In this document: piece by piece, positions 61,157-64,000 of the stretch
Numbering within the stretch: position 1 is the stretch's first letter
Layout: each line of letters opens with the position of its first letter
NCBI GenBank assembly: GCA_026387835.1
Contig: JAPLKZ010000013.1
Location: 89,254-153,253, forward strand
DNA: 64,000 nucleotides
Direction of reading: 5' to 3'
Source: Candidatus Saganbacteria bacterium
GTDB taxonomy: Bacteria > Margulisbacteria > WOR-1 > JAKLHX01
Program-made: the position numbers and the translations under genes
Notes under the pieces: model-generated
What the model was told of the DNA's origin: nothing
Database searches by the model: none
Seen by the model: the letters and a program-made list of their open reading frames with translations, nothing else

Positions 61157-61357
61157 TTGGCCAAGATCGAGATAAGAAAAGAAGAATCGATCGACAAGGC
61201 TCTCAGGAAATTCAAAAGCAAGATAAGAAAAGAAGGCATACTCGAAGAGATGAAGAGAAGGGAATTCTACGAGAAACCGTCCCAAAGAAGAAGACGCGAA
61301 AAAGCCCAGGCCGTAAAGCGCGAAAGAAGAAGACAAAGAGAATCAGATCTTCAATGA
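61157..61357 (+). CDS. rpsU: 30S ribosomal protein S21
   Basis: 66 aa; ALRKFKSKIRKEGILEEMKRREFYEKPSQRRRREK. Confidence 0.9.
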   Translation: MAKIEIRKEESIDKALRKFKSKIRKEGILEEMKRREFYEKPSQRRRREKAQAVKRERRRQRESDLQ

Positions 61358-62427
61358 AAATCGTCGACCGTTATTTGATAAGCGAGCTTGGGATCCCGTT
61401 CCTTATCGGGATAATAGGTTTTGTCCTGATAATGACCACAGACCTTCTGTTCACGTTCGTCGACATGATAATAAACAAGGGGGTCCCAGCGTGGGCGATC
61501 ATCCGGCTGATCCTGTATAAACTTCCGTCCATAATGGTCCTGACTTTTCCCGTCTCCTTCCTTTTTGCCGCAGCGATCGTCCTCGGCCGCATGGCAAGAG
61601 AGAGCGAGCTCGCCGCGATGAGGACATCCGGCGTGAGTTTTTTCAGGATCGCAGCTCCGATACTCGCGGTATCGCTCGCGGTGAGCGCCGCGGCTTTCGT
61701 GACGAACGAGGCGGTAGTCCCGGTCGCGAACCGCATTTCAGACCGCATAATAAGGGAGATAGTATACAAACAGCCTCCGGCTGACGTTAAGGAGCAGGTA
61801 TTCTTCAGGGATAACTTCAACAGGTTCATTTATGTCAGGAGATTTTATCCCAGGACGTCTACCATGGATGACGTGATGATATATGACATGTCGGGCGGAA
61901 AATTTCCGAAAGTCATCACGGCGAAGACCGGATCGATAACTCCTGACAGGTGGTTCTTGAAGGACGGCGCGATCCACAGCTATGATGACACGGGTAAAAT
62001 AAATTACGCGGCCGGGTTTTCAGATATGGACATCACGGTAAAGGATGACTTCATGAATTTTTCGGACCAGAAGACCTCGGACGAGATGAGCAGCGGGGAG
62101 CTGTTCGGCACGATAAAGACCCTGAAGCAGGCGGGAGTGAACACCACGATGCTTGCGACGGATTTCCAGATGAAGTTTTCCATCCCGATGACGACACTAG
62201 TATTCGCGATGCTTTCTATCCCGCTCAGCATTCCCGCCCAGAGAGCAGGTAAGTCCTGGGGTTTTGCGCTCTCGATAATAGTCATTTTCACTTTTTACGT
62301 TTTCGCTTCGGTTTTCAGGTCTATGGGCAGGGGAGGCATGGTGTCCCCTATGATAGCTGCATGGCTTCCTCCTGTTTTAGTGTCTTTGATAGGCGGATCG
62401 CTTATTTTACGGGAAGGATCGAAATGA
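61354..62427 (+). CDS. LptF/LptG family permease (YjgP/YjgQ)
   Basis: 357 aa; N-terminal MKIVDRYLISE, multiple TM segments with periplasmic beta-jellyroll insert. Confidence 0.75.
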   Translation: MKIVDRYLISELGIPFLIGIIGFVLIMTTDLLFTFVDMIINKGVPAWAIIRLILYKLPSIMVLTFPVSFLFAAAIVLGRMARESELAAMRTSGVSFFRIAAPILAVSLAVSAAAFVTNEAVVPVANRISDRIIREIVYKQPPADVKEQVFFRDNFNRFIYVRRFYPRTSTMDDVMIYDMSGGKFPKVITAKTGSITPDRWFLKDGAIHSYDDTGKINYAAGFSDMDITVKDDFMNFSDQKTSDEMSSGELFGTIKTLKQAGVNTTMLATDFQMKFSIPMTTLVFAMLSIPLSIPAQRAGKSWGFALSIIVIFTFYVFASVFRSMGRGGMVSPMIAAWLPPVLVSLIGGSLILREGSK

Positions 62428-64000
62428 CAAAAGATGCCGGTACGGACGAACTTAAAAAACGGCTCAGGAAAAATCCCAGGAACGTTCAGACAAACCTGTT
62501 GATAGGCAACAGTTATCTTAAAGCGGGTAATTTTAAAGAAGCCGTAAAACATTACAGGATCTCCTCGATGTTCGATCCGAGGTCATTTTCAAGGGTGATG
62601 ATCGATTATGAAGAAGCCCTTCAGGATGATATCGGCAATGTGCAGGCAAGACTGAGCCTTGTCGACTTTCTCCTGTCGCAGGGCAGCCTTGACGCGGCGA
62701 TAGTGGAACTCGAAGAGCTTGTCGAGATCGCGCCGGAGACGGCACAGATCTACAACCTGCTCGGGAGGATATACCTCAAGCTGGGCAGGCTTGACGGGGC
62801 TATCTCGCTCCTTGAAAAAGCGAAAGAATCCGGCAAAGTCGATGTCTCGCTGCTTGAAGCCCTGGCAAATGCCTATATTGAAAAAGAGAGATACAGCGAC
62901 GCGGTCATGATCTATGAGGAACTTTTACGTTCTGACCCGTCGAGCAAGATAATACTGCGGACGCTGCGAGAGCTCTACAGCAAGCTCTCAAACTACGACA
63001 GCGCCGCGCAAAAATGCTCCCAGATGCTCAGCGATGATCCCGAAGTCCTTGCAGAGACGACGCTTAAGATGGAAGAACTGTCAAGGCTTTCGCCCAACAG
63101 CCCGTTCATCCTCGAGCAGCTGGCAAATGTATACATGCGTTCGCTAAAGCCGGCTCCGGCCGTGCTCCAGCTTCAAAGGATCATCGACCTTGACCCTGAA
63201 AAAACCGACACGGCGGTCTCGATGCTGAGAAAACTTTTGCAGACATATCCGGAAAACAGGGAATCCTTGTTCCTTCTGGCGGATTGCCTGGTGAAGAAGA
63301 ACGTTTTTAGCGAGGCAGTCGAGATCTACGACAGATTGACCGGCAGCGATCCGGCCCTTATCGACAAGTGCATAGAAAAGCTGAAAAAGATAATCGTTCT
63401 TTATCCGGACCAGGCGCTTGCCCATAAAAGCCTGGCCGATGCCTATATATCCAAAGGGTCGTTTAAAGAAGCACTTATGGAGCTCAGGTGTTTGGTAAGG
63501 CTGAATCCCGCCGAGATAGAAAACATAGAAAGAAAATGCAAGGAGATCCTGAAAGCAAACCCGGAACTTTCTCAGGGCGCGCTTGTGCTTGCGGAATCGT
63601 TTTTGGCAAGCGGAGAAGCAAGGAAAGCGATAGCTATCGCCGAGGAGCTCGTCGAAAAAGACAAGAAGAACACGGAAGCATACGTAGTGCTCGGCGAGGC
63701 GTATCTTAAGATAGACGTCCTTAACAGGGCAAAAGAAGCTTTTATCAAAGCGATGCAGCTGTCCCCGCTCGACCCGGATATCCAGAAAAAATATCAGAAT
63801 ATCAGCGAAAAGGAACTTGACAGGGAAGTGACCGCTGTAAAGGCTAAGATAGAACAGGACCCGTGGCGGGCAGGGCTCAATCTCGATCTTGCCAGGCTGT
63901 TATACAAAAAAGGAAGTCTTGAGCAGGCATTGAAAGCTCTCCAGTCGGCAGTAAAGGACGCCGCGAAGGCAGTCGCTTCTCATACTCTTATGGGGACCGT
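62424..64000 (+). CDS. TPR-repeat protein (3-prime end lies outside window; absent from the supplied ORF track)
   Basis: Open frame from ATG 62424 (overlaps lptF/G stop) to window end; repeated TPR-like helical hairpins (e.g. GNSYLKAGNFKEAVKHY, AYVVLGEAYLKID); the first 660 nt were translated by hand without stops, the rest inferred. Confidence 0.55.
   Translation, partial: MTKDAGTDELKKRLRKNPRNVQTNLLIGNSYLKAGNFKEAVKHYRISSMFDPRSFSRVMIDYEEALQDDIGNVQARLSLVDFLLSQGSLDAAIVELEELVEIAPETAQIYNLLGRIYLKLGRLDGAISLLEKAKESGKVDVSLLEALANAYIEKERYSDAVMIYEELLRSDPSSKIILRTLRELYSKLSNYDSAAQKCSQMLSDDPEVLAETTLKMEELSRLSPNSPFILEQLANVYMRSLKPAPAVLQLQRIIDLDPEKTDTAVSMLRKLLQTYPENRESLFLLADCLVKKNVFSEAVEIYDRLTGSDPALIDKCIEKLKKIIVLYPDQALAHKSLADAYISKGSFKEALMELRCLVRLNPAEIENIERKCKEILKANPELSQGALVLAESFLASGEARKAIAIAEELVEKDKKNTEAYVVLGEAYLKIDVLNRAKEAFIKAMQLSPLDPDIQKKYQNISEKELDREVTAVKAKIEQDPWRAGLNLDLARLLYKKGSLEQALKALQSAVKDAAKAVASHTLMGT

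Noticed and set aside
63144-63709. ORFs 63144..63425 (-) and 63488..63709 (+) from the ORF track
   Set aside because: They lie inside or out of frame with the long TPR reading frame that starts at 62424 and runs to the window end.
1-64000. CRISPR array or rRNA genes
   Set aside because: No regular repeat-spacer array and no rRNA-like conserved stretch noticed; the only tandem repeats are the heptamer arrays at 15960-16556 and the short repeats in dxr.

Overview
64 kb window from an unidentified flagellated bacterium, read by eye with no searches run; all protein calls rest on recognised motifs and domain order. No rRNA or CRISPR array was seen. Core genes dominate: ilvC (partial), dxr, thrS, leuS, trpB, a five-tRNA cluster (Lys, Asp, Phe, Thr, Thr) with an embedded CheY-like receiver, holA, a PBP, trpS, scpAB, rodZ-like, queE, carB, dnaE, hisI, rplY, a flagellar cluster (fliK-like, flhB-like, flgFG, flgA, flgHI, flgJ-like, fliA, flgBC, fliEFGHI) with panD embedded, glyS, proS, rel, holB, rpsU, an lptF/G-like permease and a TPR protein running off the window end. 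The most interesting accessory loci are: (1) a decayed diversity-generating retroelement (target protein, Avd, reverse transcriptase cut short before its active site) next to an ORF6N gene, with a repeated motif at the cassette boundaries; (2) a GxxExxY gene bounded by terminal inverted repeats made of CACGAAT heptamers; (3) a GH16 gene flanked by a functional and a diverged copy of the leuS 3-prime end; (4) a stand-alone YcaO protein with an AlkD-like gene beside tRNA-Ser. None of these is demonstrated to be an active or novel system from sequence alone.
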